Of a DNA stretch of 64,000 nt, positions 12,458 to 24,512 are shown piece after piece. The translations under genes were made by a program, and so were the position numbers. The notes below the pieces were generated by a model. It had not been told where the DNA came from and made no database searches. It saw only the letters and a program-made list of their open reading frames with translations. Origin of the DNA: Podarcis melisellensis (taxonomy: Eukaryota); NCBI GenBank assembly GCA_964234715.1, contig OZ174276.1. One strand, given 5' to 3'. The first letter of the stretch is position 1. Each line of letters begins with the position of its first letter.

Positions 12458-12680
12458 GCCAGGGTGGCATAATGGTTACAGTGTTGGCCTATGACCTGGG
12501 CGACGAGGGTTCAAATCCCCACTCAGCCATGAAGCTCACCTTGGCCCAGTCACCATCTCTTAGCCTAACCTACCTCACAGGGTTGTTGTGAGAATGAAAT
12601 GGGGAGGAGGGGAACCATGTACACCACCTTGAGATCCTTGGAAGAATAAGGTGGTATATATATGTAAGAAATAAAAATAT
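12458..12680 (+). mobile_element. tRNA-derived MIR/CORE-like SINE
   Basis: A-box-like gtggcataatgg, B-box gggttcaaatccc, CORE-like cctacctcacagggttgttgtgag, A-rich tail. Confidence 0.7.
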
Positions 12681-13626
12681 ATAATTAATAATAGTACTTC
12701 ATCCATTAATACAAGTAAAGGCTTACTGAATAATCCCTACTCCTTCGGTGCCTTAAGCATCTGAACGAGTGAGGCACCTATTCACACAAGCGTGGACTGA
12801 GACCCTAAAGTAAAGCTCTCTAGGTCTCTAAGGCCCCATATTGGGGTGTGGGATGGTTTGTGGCCCCTTCCCTGCCTCTTGATTCCAGTCGTGTCACTTG
12901 CGCATGACATTTTTGGCTCCCATTGTGTAAGTGTTCAGTCTGTGATGCTGGAGAGGTTTTGGTGGGTTTGCCAGCTTTCTCAGCGTTATGAAGAAAATAC
13001 TGATTACTAATGGTGCTTCAGTCAACTGAGCGGAGGCAGAACAAGGACAGGAGTCTGAGAGTCAAAACCTGGAGGCATTCCAGTTACAAAGGAGGTACAC
13101 AGCTTTGAACAGCCAAGGCAATTAATCATGGGGACAGGCTGCCAGGAGAGGGTGGTTCTCTTTTCTACCCCCCAAAAGAAACACCACATGCCACCTTTGG
13201 ATTAAAACTGCACTCCCTTTTTAAAGAAGAGGAAATGGTCTTTATTTTTCCTGATGAATCCAGAGTAAATTCTGCCCTCTGGGTTTTGCACTTACGATCA
13301 GTACCTACACAAAAGGTAATTTAATCTGTAGTTAACCCTTGGTATCTTTATAAAACAGGCAACCCCCGATTTGCACAAGGGTTTCATTCCGGATCATCAC
13401 ACGCAACGGCGGAGCATGCATAAGCCCGTTATGCTCCCTTTTCCAGCCACTTCCTGATTGACACAATGTACATGTTTTGCTCATGCAGAGACAGTTGTCC
13501 GTTTTGCTCATGCAGAGACAGCATTGGATAACAACCAGTTTTTTAGAGGCTTTCCACTTGTAATAACTAGAAAGCAAGCCCATTGTTAACTTCTTAGCTT
13601 ATTGACAATTGTGTCCATGTGTTCAG

Positions 13627-13882
13627 TTCCTAGTGCAACTAAAGATTATGGACTACAGCCTACTGTTGGGGATCCATGACGTCCAACGAGCTGAACAGGA
13701 AGAAGACGAGGATGTGAAAGAGGAGGAGGAGGATGGAGAGGGTGAACCTGGGGGTGTGGCATCAGTAGGTTCCTATGGAACTTCTCCTGAGGGTATTGGC
13801 AGCTATCTCAACTCCCACAAGCCTTTGGGACCTGGCGACTTTGACCCTTACATTGATGTCTATGCCATAAAAAGTGCTGAAA
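13627..13882 (+). CDS. PIP4K2C: PIP4K2C coding exon (256 nt, phase 0/1) with catalytic MDYSL motif and acidic insert
   Basis: gttcAG|TTC...GAA A|GTaagt. Encodes [18 protein letters not shown]...EQEEDED...GSYGTSPEG...DVYAIKSAE. Confidence 0.96.
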
Positions 13883-15524
13883 GTAAGTAAGGACAAGAGG
13901 GAACTTTCCACCAGTCAACTTTGTCTTTAGTCAAGACACCTTAATTATCCTCTGTGACACAGGAGTCAGTCTGCCTACTTTGTGCCTTTGATTGTATATT
14001 TCACTGAAGGCCAATATTCCAGCCAATTTTTTACATATTGCAGCAATCTGTAGCAGTTCTCCCTTTGCCCCTCCCCTTGTGGAAGCCACAAACCACAATC
14101 CTTGTTTTAGGTTTTGTGTCTCAACTAGGAGTCGTGGCTAGTTCCCCCCACCCGCAAACAAACCATGACATGAAGCTAAGATTTGTTTTTGACTTCTATT
14201 TGCTATTTGCTTCTGTGAAACAAACCATAATCCCCAATTCAGATAAAACACTAGACCTAACCCAGGGATCCTGGTTTGTTGCTCCTGCTTGTAGAGAAGT
14301 GAAGTAGGAGCCATTTACACGCTCATGGTTAAGTATGCTTTACCATGACATGCAAACATGGCTAAAAGAGAGTTTTACCATGAATGCTGTGGAGTTAACT
14401 GGGGGAGAAAACTGCAGAAATCAGAGACAGAACTTGACTAGATTGTTGTGTGTAGGCATGCATCAGCAAGATTGTAGTGGAAGTATGTTATCTACCCTTT
14501 GGCACCAAATTTCAACGCCTTTTAATTTTTAAGAAAAGGTTGTAGACCTTGAGGGTGCACACAAAAGCTGTGTCAGCTAGTGCCTGTGACGATCTGAGAT
14601 GTCAAACAGATTTACCCAAGATACCCATGAACAAGCTTCCATTTTTTGCCTTATGTGGATCCTGCTGTGATCCTGAAGAGCTTCATAGGACACAAGACAC
14701 AAGAGCTTCATGGGAGACTCTTCCGTTAAAAACTAGGTCTTGGAAGTCCTGTCTGGCTCTCTGAGCCAGACTTCTCTTCTTTCAAGTCATCACTCCTTCC
14801 TCCTTTGGGTCTTTCTTAAATGTGGAATCTAAATGCCAGCTAAACTACACACAAATAAGAAGATGTGTGCATCTGCTCAACTTGCTTAGTTTTGATTGCA
14901 GAAAATGTGGCTTGTGGGAGAGAGGGTGGCTCACACAGCCCTTGCTGTAGGCGAGTCAGGTGGATATCTGCTTCCTGGAGAGGAGTCAGATTTGATAATA
15001 GGGATTCTGAAGTTCACTTCCTGCCACTATAGTATTTTCTGGATGCTGCCACTAGTGGCTTCATTTGTAAAATGCAGACTTCATTAGGAAGAAACATGTA
15101 GAAGATGAATTAATCATTCATGAATTGTTTGCTATACTTGGGGCAGGAAGGGATTCTTCCCAAATTTAACTGATATAATCTAATGTTCCTTATGTGGCTT
15201 TTTTGGTCTTTCCTCCCAGCTTGAGCTTGTTTCACTTTCCTGAGTTATCGGGCATTTTTCAGTTCTTATGCTACTTTGGTTTGGTGCATCCTATTAATTC
15301 CTACTTACGTCCCATGTACCCTTGACGGTGTAGTTTTATGCATTGGGTGGGGGGGTCTGACAGGTTCCCTCCTGCCCCCACCCAGTCCTAAGATTCGGTA
15401 ACTCACATTTTGCCCTGTTGGAATCCAATGCGGAAAGAGCCTCATGGCATGAGGGGTGTGGGGGGGGGGTGGAATGCAGAGGGCAGCAGTGCCCATGAGC
15501 TTCATTGACTCTTTACTTTTCCAG

Positions 15525-15628
15525 ATAGCCCCCAGAAAGAGGTTTATTTCATGGGCCTGATTGACATCCTCACACAGTATGATGCCAAGAAGAAGGCTGC
15601 CCATGCAGCTAAGACCGTCAAGCACGGG
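15525..15628 (+). CDS. PIP4K2C: PIP4K2C coding exon (104 nt, phase 1/0), activation loop
   Basis: cttttccAG|AT...GGG|GTgagt. Encodes (N)[34 protein letters not shown]. Confidence 0.96.
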
Positions 15629-16186
15629 GTGAGTCTGGCCTGCACAGTTCTTCACAATGGGCCCCCTAGGTGTGGACTCTGGTGGCCCACAGCTAGCCTT
15701 ACTAAATCAAAGCGTCAACTACATCACCTACGTGAGGATTTCCAGACTTCTGGTCAGTTTCATAGCATCCATAGTGGTGACTGTAGCCACAACCTAGAGA
15801 CCAAAAATGGTGGACTGGTGAGACAGCATAATCTTCAGGGGGTGGGGTGATAAGAATGTCACACTGTGTGAATGATTTATTCCGAAGTAATTTTTATTGC
15901 ATAATTGGCTTGATCCTTTTTGTGCCAGAGGCACTTTCTTGAAATAAAGTGGCATCAGTACTAAACTAGGCCAGGGTTGGGGGTTATATAATGCCAAAGG
16001 AGACATTGGAAAGCACATGTGTGAGAGAGAAATGGTTGATCAAGGCCATTTTCAGACTTCTGTTCAGATGTTCTCTCTTCCTTGCCCTAGCAATATATTC
16101 GCTCCTCAAACTGTTATTTTTCCTAGTGTGTGTGGAAAGAGAGGGGCGTTTTATGGGGGTTGTTGACATTTTGTCTTCCATTTCAG

Positions 16187-16267
16187 GCTGGTGCAGAGAT
16201 CTCCACGGTGCATCCAGAACAATATGCCAAGCGCTTTCTGGACTTCGTCACGAATGTATTTGCTTAG
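16187..16267 (+). CDS. PIP4K2C: PIP4K2C terminal coding exon
   Basis: ccatttcAG|GCT. Encodes [26 protein letters not shown] then TAG (16265-16267). Confidence 0.96.
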   Translation, partial: AGAEISTVHPEQYAKRFLDFVTNVFA

Positions 16268-18120
16268 CAGTTGTGCAGTCTGTCTTGTTGGCTGAAGCTT
16301 CAGATCAAAGGCTTTCCTGCCCTCCTCCCCCCCACCTGTAGTTCTCCCTCTCTCCCCCACCCCAATTCTCAGTAAGAGGGATGGCTTCCCCCCCTGCTGT
16401 TTGGGTCAGCAGGAGAGTTGGGTTGACTTGAGCCCCATTGTGGCTGGTCTGGGGGGTGGCTGCTGAATCAAGTGCCTTATCTTTGACCTTCCGTCGGGAT
16501 GAACAACCGTCCAGAGCACTAAAGAGGTCGCTGCTTTTGAAGGCAGCCTAAGTAGGAGAAAGACGGCTGGCTTCAGATTCATCCCAGCATTGATATTCTC
16601 TATCCTCTAAACTGTACAGGGTACATGCTACATTGGTGACTCTGGTCAGGGCAGGATCTAAGCTCGCACATAAAGTTTAATGGTATTTTATTCAGAGACA
16701 GAATAATATGCAATAAGAATTTAGTCTTGTGCCTTGAAAGAAGGGGGTCAAGTGGATTCTTCCCCATTTATGCAATCAATTCCCTCTGAGGGTGACTGAT
16801 AGTATATATTAACTTACCCCATTATACCCAGTGGTAGTGCCTCTGTGTTTCAAAGTCTTATTCTTTACCTCTTCTTTCCCATCCCTTGCTGGAAGGTTGT
16901 GCTGTAACCCACCCCTCCTGAGTGGCGTTGGCTCCTTCTAGCACTCTAGTAAATAGCAGAGGCTCTGATGAGCATCTTGTGAGCCTAGCACTCCAGTTCT
17001 CACCCCCAGCAGTGCAGCCTCCACTAAACCTTGTTGCCAAAGTTCTGCTCCTTACGACAAGAGCCTCTTCCACGAAGGGCTGCTTTCAGAAGTCCTATGA
17101 TTCTCCCTCAGCCATCACTCCAAAGGAGGATTAGAACTGATTCAGGGTTTGGGAGCTACTTCGGGGCTGCCTGTGGGGATTTGAGAATGTCCTCTGGGAG
17201 GCTTGCTGTGCCTGCTTTGGCAGAGGGAGATGGGTGTGTGTAGGGGAGAAGAGACAGAATTATTCTGGCCCTGTGTAATATATTGCATCCAGCTGTTCCC
17301 CTTGCTTCAGTATGTACCAGACTGTGTTGAGTAGCTCTGCTCACTAGTAAGGCCTGTGACTGTAGTAAGTCCTGGCTTCCCAGCTCCACCCAAAGATAGC
17401 TTCTCCAGTTGAAGCCTCCAGAAAATGTCAAGGCGAAAGCCTTATCCGCTCCCTGTTTTAGCATAGCTTTTGGGGACAGGGTGATGTGGAAATGCCATGC
17501 CCAGGACTGGGGCGTTTTCAGAAGCATTATGTGTGTGTGTGCAATCTTGTGAAAGGGGCTCTGAATGTTTCCTTCTGAACTAACAAACTTATATACTGAG
17601 GGATGGCAACCTGTCTGTCAGTAGCTGTGTGATGGGGCTCTCTGAGGAAGCAGTTTATATGCCAAGGAGCTGTGAGGTGTCTTAAAGAGAACATCCCTCT
17701 GTAATAGTGTATTCATCAGAGTTCAGCAGAGCACAGCTGTCAAGGTTGATCAGAGGCCAGTTGCTCTTCCTGGACTGGCGCACCAACTTAACACGCCATG
17801 GCAGCTGTTCTGGTAAGGAGAGAGGCTTGTGGCCGGCTCTGACAGTGGCACAGCCACTCAGCTGGCTGCTTTAGGCCTAGAACTCGGGGTAGTGCTGTGC
17901 TCTTCCATCAGTTCCCTCCCCTCTGCCCCCAATATTGTGGTTCTGCTGGGACTCGATGCCATTCCTTCAATGCAATAAAGCTTGTGCCATGGAAACATGC
18001 TTGTGCCCTGGGGCTGTTGTACTATCAGCCCCTTTTCAATGTTTCTTATTGTATAAGACGTTGTGTATTTCCAGTTCACTCTTGTATCACATAGAAATAA
18101 ATTATTGAACCAGAAGTTGT
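16268..18120 (+). other. PIP4K2C: Probable PIP4K2C 3'UTR; candidate poly(A) signals AATAAA at 17974-17979 and 18096-18101 (others at 18538, 18642, 18811)
   Basis: Repeat-poor stretch after the stop codon with AATAAA hexamers. The actual cleavage site cannot be determined from sequence. Confidence 0.55.
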
Positions 18121-19319
18121 CTGCATGCAAAAATCCAGCTGTACCTGAGCTGCTCCTATTCTGCCAGTATGGGAGAAGCCCAGTGGAAGGACAAGGTTGC
18201 TCTTGTTCGTTTGGACTAAAAACTGTACCCCAGTAGCAAAGAGAAAATGCTTGGGGGGGGGGGCGGATCTTACACAAGCCCTAATATTGGTCGCTTTGCA
18301 TGCCTGTACTGGCCATGGTGATGGTTCTGGACACAAAAACCATTACTGCTGGCAGCCAGGATTAATTAGGGGGAAGATGATGCCCATATTACTTGGGATG
18401 CACTTGCCTTTATTATGTGCTGCTTAATTGTCCTGGCTTGAACTTTCTCACTGAAAATAGTTTTGGAACCGGTGCCCTGGTTGTTGGCTGCCCTGCCTTT
18501 TCCAAGTGCCATGGTGCCTCTTTCAGGCTTCATACATAATAAATCTTGTGTTCATGCATCCAGAAAGACTACCATCCTTTCCAACGGTAGTGCAGAATTT
18601 GGTGCAGACTAGAAGCAATCCTCAGCCTGTATATTTGATCAAATAAACACATCTACTGACTTAACATCTTTGAATGCAATAGACTGAGAGGCTCGCCAGT
18701 GCTGCTGGAGCGTGCTCTCCTGTTATTAGATGTAAATGCTGTCTCTTGCTTTTCAAAGTGCCCACCTCCATGGAACATGAAGAGTGCCTGGGTAGAATGC
18801 AGTGAACCTAAATAAATTAAAACAGAGTGCCTAAATACCCATTACTACGGCCTCCTTACTATTCATTGCTGCCAATCTTTATAGCCATTCAGAAAATTAG
18901 TATAGCTAGCCTGAGAGCTGGTGTAGTAGCCGAGGATGTGAGCCAAGAAGTTCCTGGATTCAGATCTTGTCCCAGTTGCAGACTTGCCAGCTGGCCTTAG
19001 GCAAGCAGCTAGATAGGCCTATGTCTGCCTTGCTGATCTACTACTATAGAAGGCTAACGCCAACCTATGCTTAGGAAGGGATTGTGAAGATCATGGAGAA
19101 GAAGACAGAAGCTGCACAGGACACCTCGAGGTTTACTTCTGAGCAAGCTTCCACAGGAGTGGCGTCATCACAAGATTGCCTTGAGCTCCATGGCCCTTGC
19201 AATACAGAGCGGTGTGCCATTCATCTATACGGGTTTATTCTCAAGTGAGGGCGCACGGGGTTGCACCTGTAACTATTGTTATTGTTATTGTAAGAGCTCC
19301 CCCATCACTCTTCAGGATA

Positions 19320-20720
19320 AAAGCAGAGCCAGGCGGGCGGGGAGAGGCGTTGCAGGGAGAGGGGCTGCCAGTTTACTGGGCGCGGGTCCCAGTAACGGGG
19401 GGGGCGTGTTTCTGAGCAAGGGGGCGCAGTGATAGGATCGGGCTGCGTCGCCCCTTCTGAGCTGTGGGGCGGCCGCTGAGAGGAGGATGTCGTGAGGAGC
19501 CCGGAGCTGCTGCCGCCGCTCCCCCTCCTCCCCGCCGCCCACCTCTCCCGCGCGCGCAGCCAGCCGGGCCTCGCGCTCTCTCCGCAGCCACGTCGCGGTG
19601 TTGCTATGGCTATGACCACCATTCCGGCACCAAGCGGGCGCCACGTGACGCGCCCGGCGATGGCTGCTTGGCGGGGAGCGGGGCGCTGAGCGGCGGCGGC
19701 GGCGTCAGCAGCAACCCCGCGGCACCTGGGCGCGCTTCCCCGCGCCGCCACCTCGGGCGCGCCAAAGGCCGCCTCGTCCTCCGCTCGCTCCTCCGCCTTC
19801 GCAGCCCGGGCCAAGCTTCCGATGGACGGAGTTTCCTCGCCAGCCTCGGATGCTCCGCTATGGTGGGTCCGGGGGAGAGGAGCGGGCGGGTGGCGGGCAT
19901 TGCGCGGCGGGCGGGTGCGGGGCTGGCGCTGCTGCAGTTGCTGCTGCTTTTTTCTGGGTGAAATTAAAACAAGGACGAGACTGTGGTGCATTGACCGGGC
20001 CTCCTCGTCTGCATCTCCGGGCAGCCGTCGAGGCCAGCAGCTGCGGCGGCACCTTCATTGTGTGTCGCCAGCTGGCTTTGCAGCGGGGTGTTGCCTCGAA
20101 GGGTTGTTTTGAGGGGAGGCTGGGTGCGCGCGCGCGCGCGCGGTTGCGTTGTGTACACACACAGGCGTCGGCGGGGGGGGGGTCACGGTACCAAATGGGT
20201 TCCCTCATCTTTGGGGGGGCGACACACGGAGGGGCTTTTTTGCGGGGCTTTATGTAACGGCGAGCCCGTCGCGCTGCTGCCTGCGCGTCTACCTGTCAGG
20301 CGTCTCCGAATCGCGGAGGCGGGCAGGGAAAGAGCTTTCCCTTCGCCTCCCTCGGCCAAGGCGAGGCGGTCTTGGGCCGAGGCAGAACTGGGTCAAGTGA
20401 GGATGGAACTTCACTGCCCACCTTTTTTCTCATCCGGCGAAGGTGCGGATATGGACACATTTGGTCATTCCCTCTTGCGCGTCGTGTTTCAGCTCTTTCG
20501 CCCCGAGGGTGGCGGGGAAGGGCTCTGAAAAACAGGGCGGGGTGCAGCAGTGGGGTGGGGGGCTCTTTGGAGCTGGGGGGGGGGATGTGATGAAGCTCTA
20601 TGGATGCGCACTCCGGGCCGGGGACGTGTTGAAGAGGAAGGGAGAAAGAAAGCCTTATTTTCCCAGGCATTGTATTTCACCCCAACTCCGCCCGCCCTTC
20701 CCCTTTGTTCCGTTTTTATC
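19320..20720 (+). promoter_or_regulatory. DTX3: CpG island, probable DTX3 promoter and non-coding first exon
   Basis: Very GC- and CpG-dense, with GC boxes, E-box CACGTG (19642-19647) and X-box-like GTTGCTATGGCTAT (19600-19613). Lies between the PIP4K2C 3' end and the DTX3 coding exons. Confidence 0.8.
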
Positions 20721-21006
20721 CCGGTTTCTTCAAGGGAGTGAAGGCTGCTGGGCCTCCTCTTTGATAAACAAGCCCTGGTGAATGGAGGAGGCAGCCTGCT
20801 AAGGCTGGCAGCTGCACCCAGATTTTGGGGGGGGGGAGGGAACTGGATTGATATAAAAAGCTCTCTCACCCCCCACATACCCAGGGGCAGGGAGCCATCC
20901 TGAAAGGTGATTTTCCCTCTCACTCCCCAACCCCACCCAATTGCAGTAGCTTTCTTTTCTTCTATTTCCCCCCTCCACTCCATGTTTGTTTTCCTTTTTC
21001 CTCCAG

Positions 21007-21048
21007 CGCAATGGCGGTGGGCTGGGGCCTTTTATCCTTATTGTACAG
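21007..21048 (+). other. Candidate 42-nt DTX3 5'UTR exon containing an upstream ATG
   Basis: Long polypyrimidine tract ending ttttcctccAG, and a strong donor CAG|GTGAGG. Confidence 0.5.
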
Positions 21049-21289
21049 GTGAGGCCTGTTGAAATGTAAAGGCCCTGCTGTGCCCAAGGTCACGTAGGTA
21101 GAAGTGTCCAGATGCAATAGGGGGCAGGGCACCTGTACACTTAATGGCTTTGCAAAAAAAACAAAAACCTTTTTAACAAGCATGATTTCTCATCATGACA
21201 CAGAGGTGAGGAAAGCCATGCATGCTAAAATTCCCCATTCTCAAGTGGCAGAAATATAAATTGAACCCCCCCCCCTTATAATATTCTTG

Positions 21290-22342
21290 TAAAGAATCCG
21301 TTAAAATGTGGACTAAACAAGGTAACTGTTAAGTGGATTTGTAGCTGGTGGACTGACCGAACCCAAAGAGTATTAATTAATGGTTCCTTGTCACAAGTGG
21401 GGTGCCGCAAGGTTGTGTCCTGGGCCTGTTGTTGTTCAACGCCTTTATACATGTCTTGGATGAAGGAATTGAGGGGATGCTCATCAAATCTGCTCATGAC
21501 ACCAAACTGGGAGGGGTAGCTAACACAGAAGACAGAATCAGAATTCAAAATGACTTTAACAGATTGGAGAACTGGGCACAAGCTAACAAAATGAAATTCA
21601 GTAGGGACAAATGTCAGGTTCTGCAATTAGGCAGGAAGAACCAGATGCACAAATATAGAATGGGGGACACCTGGCTTACTAGTAGTACATGTGAAAAGGT
21701 TCTAGGCGTCTTGGTGGACCACAAGTTTAACATGAGTCAACAGTGTGATGCAGCAGCAAAGAAAAGCTAATGCTATTTTAGGCGGCATCAACATAGTGTC
21801 CAGATCAAGGGAAGTAATAGTACCACTCTATTCTGCCTTGGTCAGGCCACACCTGGAATACTGTTTCCAGTTCTGGAAAGTTAAGAAGGATGTTGACATG
21901 TGTCGAGGAGGGCAACCAAGATGATCAAGGATCTGGAAACCAAGCCTGATGAGGAAAGGTTGAAGGAGCTGGGTATGCTTAGCCTGGGGGAAAAGCAGAC
22001 TGAGAGGAGATATGATAGCCATCCTCAAATATCTCAAGGGCTATCACAAAGAAAATGGAGCAAGCTTGTTTTCTCCTGCTCTGGATGGTAGGACTTGAAC
22101 CAATGGCTTCAAGTTACAAGATAGGAGATTCTGACTAAACATCAGGAAGAACTTTCTGAAGGTAAGAGCTGTTTGACAGTGGAACGGTCTCCCTTGGCAG
22201 GTTGTGGGCTCTCCTTCTTTGAAGGCTTTTAAGCAGAGGTTGGATGGCCATATGTCCTGGATGCTTTATCTGAGATTCCTGCATTGCAGGGGGTTGGACT
22301 AGATGACCCTTGGGTCCTTTCCAACTCTATGATTCTAAGATT
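21290..22342 (+). mobile_element. CR1 LINE 3' fragment (degenerate RT, C-terminus and 3'UTR)
   Basis: PQGCVLGLLLFNAFI..IKSAHDTKLGG (degenerate FADD)..[29 protein letters not shown], with frameshifts. Ends in CR1-type ctatgattctaagatt repeats. Confidence 0.92.
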
Positions 22343-22656
22343 GGGTCCTTTGCTACTGGACTGCCCTCACTGGACTGTCCCATATTTGCTGGATTAAAGG
22401 CTACCTGTGATGTTGCTGTTCACAAAGGGTAAATGCCTTGGCCTCCATACTGATGGTACCAGAAAATAGACATGGAAGATCACCCCACCCCAACTGTTCC
22501 CCTGTGATCTTTCAAGGCATATCCAGTATTCCCAAATCCTGTGGTGGTGTTTTCCCCCTACTAAAGAACCAATAATGACTCAGTGAAGCTGTTAGGATTG
22601 AGTTAGTAGTGTTTCCTGTATGGTGCCTGGCCTGTGGTGATGGAAAACTGTGTGCT

Positions 22657-22685
22657 TGGTTGGTTGGTTGGTTGGTTGGTTGGTT
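22657..22685. repeat. (TGGT)n microsatellite
   Basis: Directly visible. Confidence 0.9.
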
Positions 22686-23812
22686 GTTGTCGTCATAGTA
22701 GAGTTCTCAACTGTTTAGTTGTAGAGTTGAACTCATTCTGAGCTGGGTTTGTTTCTTCAAGATCCTTCAAACCACAAGTGACTGCATAGGCCTACTTGAT
22801 TTTTGTGTGATCTCGGTGGGTTTTTGTTTTGTTTCCTCAGCTCTAGTGTATTTGGAAAGGGTGGCGTGGTGATCCCTAGGGACCTTGCAGCAGGAAGAGA
22901 GTTGGCTCACCATCTCTTGCCCTCATTCCTTCTTGTTTCCCCTTCCCCAATTTGGTCCAGGCAAAAGCTCCATAAAGACTTCCAGGACAAGGAAGCTTTG
23001 CAGCGCCTGGGATTTAGGAACATAGGAAGCTGCCTTATAAGTCAGACCATTGGCTGGAACCACCAGCCTAGCTCAGTATTGTTGACACTACAGGCAGGAT
23101 TTCAGGAGAGTCTCCCAAACACGAGGGGTGGAACCTGGAGCCTTTTTCAGGCAAGGCATGTGCTCCGCCACTGAGCTAGAGCCCTCTACAATAAAACTTA
23201 CTAATTACTTCAGATATTTATAGCCTGCTCTTCATGCCTACAAAGGGATCCAAGAGCGAGTTACAACATACATCCATGAAAACACCCCCCTTACTTAGGT
23301 AGACAGCACTGCAAGTGAGATTTGTACCTGGTCTACGCCCAGAACTGGAAGGAAATCCAGGTGAGTCGAGCTTGCTACATAGGCAGTTGTTGCAGATTTG
23401 TTCAAGCTTTCACAACATAGGTAGAATGGGGAATGAGGATCTTTTTCTCACAAACCAACTAATGTTCCTGCAAGATTGGCTTTGGAAATGGTGAAGTAAG
23501 GCTCTCTTCCAGGCAAAGAAACTTTTGATGAATTGCAGCACCCCCACACACGATGCCACCAAAAGCATTTTCCAGCCATGTCTGAGGTCATCCAAGAGTT
23601 GCACTAGGAAGAGCTCCAGTCAGGATGTCAGTAGACCTCTTCCTCTTCCAGGTCTGCGCTGGGTATTCTACATAGCTCCCAGCAACTCTGTACAGTGATA
23701 TGACCCTGCCATCACCCTTGGGGATCGGTTTTCAGCTCTGTGGTGCGAATGGGGATCTCCTAACAACTCGCAGTACCCTTAGCAAACTGAAGGATACCTT
23801 GGGGGAAGCCAT

Positions 23813-24189
23813 TAGGGGCATCTTACCCATAGAGGCTAGTGGTGCGGGGCACCAGGGCGCCAGGTTCTGGAGGGCACCAGGCAAGAGGCAGCATTTGGAC
23901 GCAGCATCTCCCAGCATCAGCTCACCCCCTCGCCTGCCTCCGCCATGCCACACCAAAGCAGCGCTGTGCCCAGAGCCTCCGTCTGCCGTGGCCACCGTGG
24001 CACAAAGCGGCCAGCTGAGCCAGGAGGCACAGTTTCCAGCCTCTGCCTCTTCCTCGTGGGAGGAGCCACTCTCCAGCCACTGCCCGCCTCCTCCGGCCCC
24101 ACCGGCAGCACCATCCTTCCTAAAAAACTCTTGGAATGGGGGGGGGGGCTACCGGCACCGGAGGGCCAGATATGCTTAAGACGGCCCTG
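23813..24189. mobile_element. hAT-type MITE with perfect 8-bp TSD, nested in a foldback repeat
   Basis: Imperfect TIRs taggggcatcttac / ttaagacggccctg. TSD gaagccat at 23805-23812 and 24190-24197. Confidence 0.8.
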
Positions 24190-24485
24190 GAAGCCATGAC
24201 TGTTTAAAGTGGAGCGATACTGATTTAAATGTATAGTGCAGATGAGGCAATAATAATGCAGTAGAATGGGGCAGTACTGATGTAATTGGGAGAAGGCTCT
24301 TAAGTGATTATTTTAATGGTCTCTGGTAGCAGAACAGGCAAGGATGCCTTTGAATGAGCATTCAAAACCAGCTTCTGGGCTACAGATAGTTCTAATCTAA
24401 CCACTAGCCCATCTTAAGCTTTGTTCTTTGGGTGTGTTAGGAAGAGCTGTGGCCAGTACATGATGGTAAGGGCAAGTTCTCCACA

Positions 24486-24512
24486 ACACACACACACACA
24501 CACACACACACA
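24486..24512. repeat. (AC)n microsatellite
   Basis: Directly visible. Confidence 0.9.

Noticed and set aside
13474-13521. Short direct repeats (21 bp x2 here; also about 1820-1847 and 59367-59406) as CRISPR-like arrays
   Set aside because: Only two units each in vertebrate DNA; simple local tandem duplications.
19181-20983. Many overlapping long ORFs (up to 228 aa) on both strands
   Set aside because: Arg/Gly/Ala/Pro-rich frames expected in a stop-poor CpG island; no recognisable domain.
21402-22091. Reverse transcriptase-like ORFs as a novel or domesticated RT system
   Set aside because: Frameshifted, 5'-truncated CR1 LINE with a degenerate catalytic motif (AHD instead of ADD).
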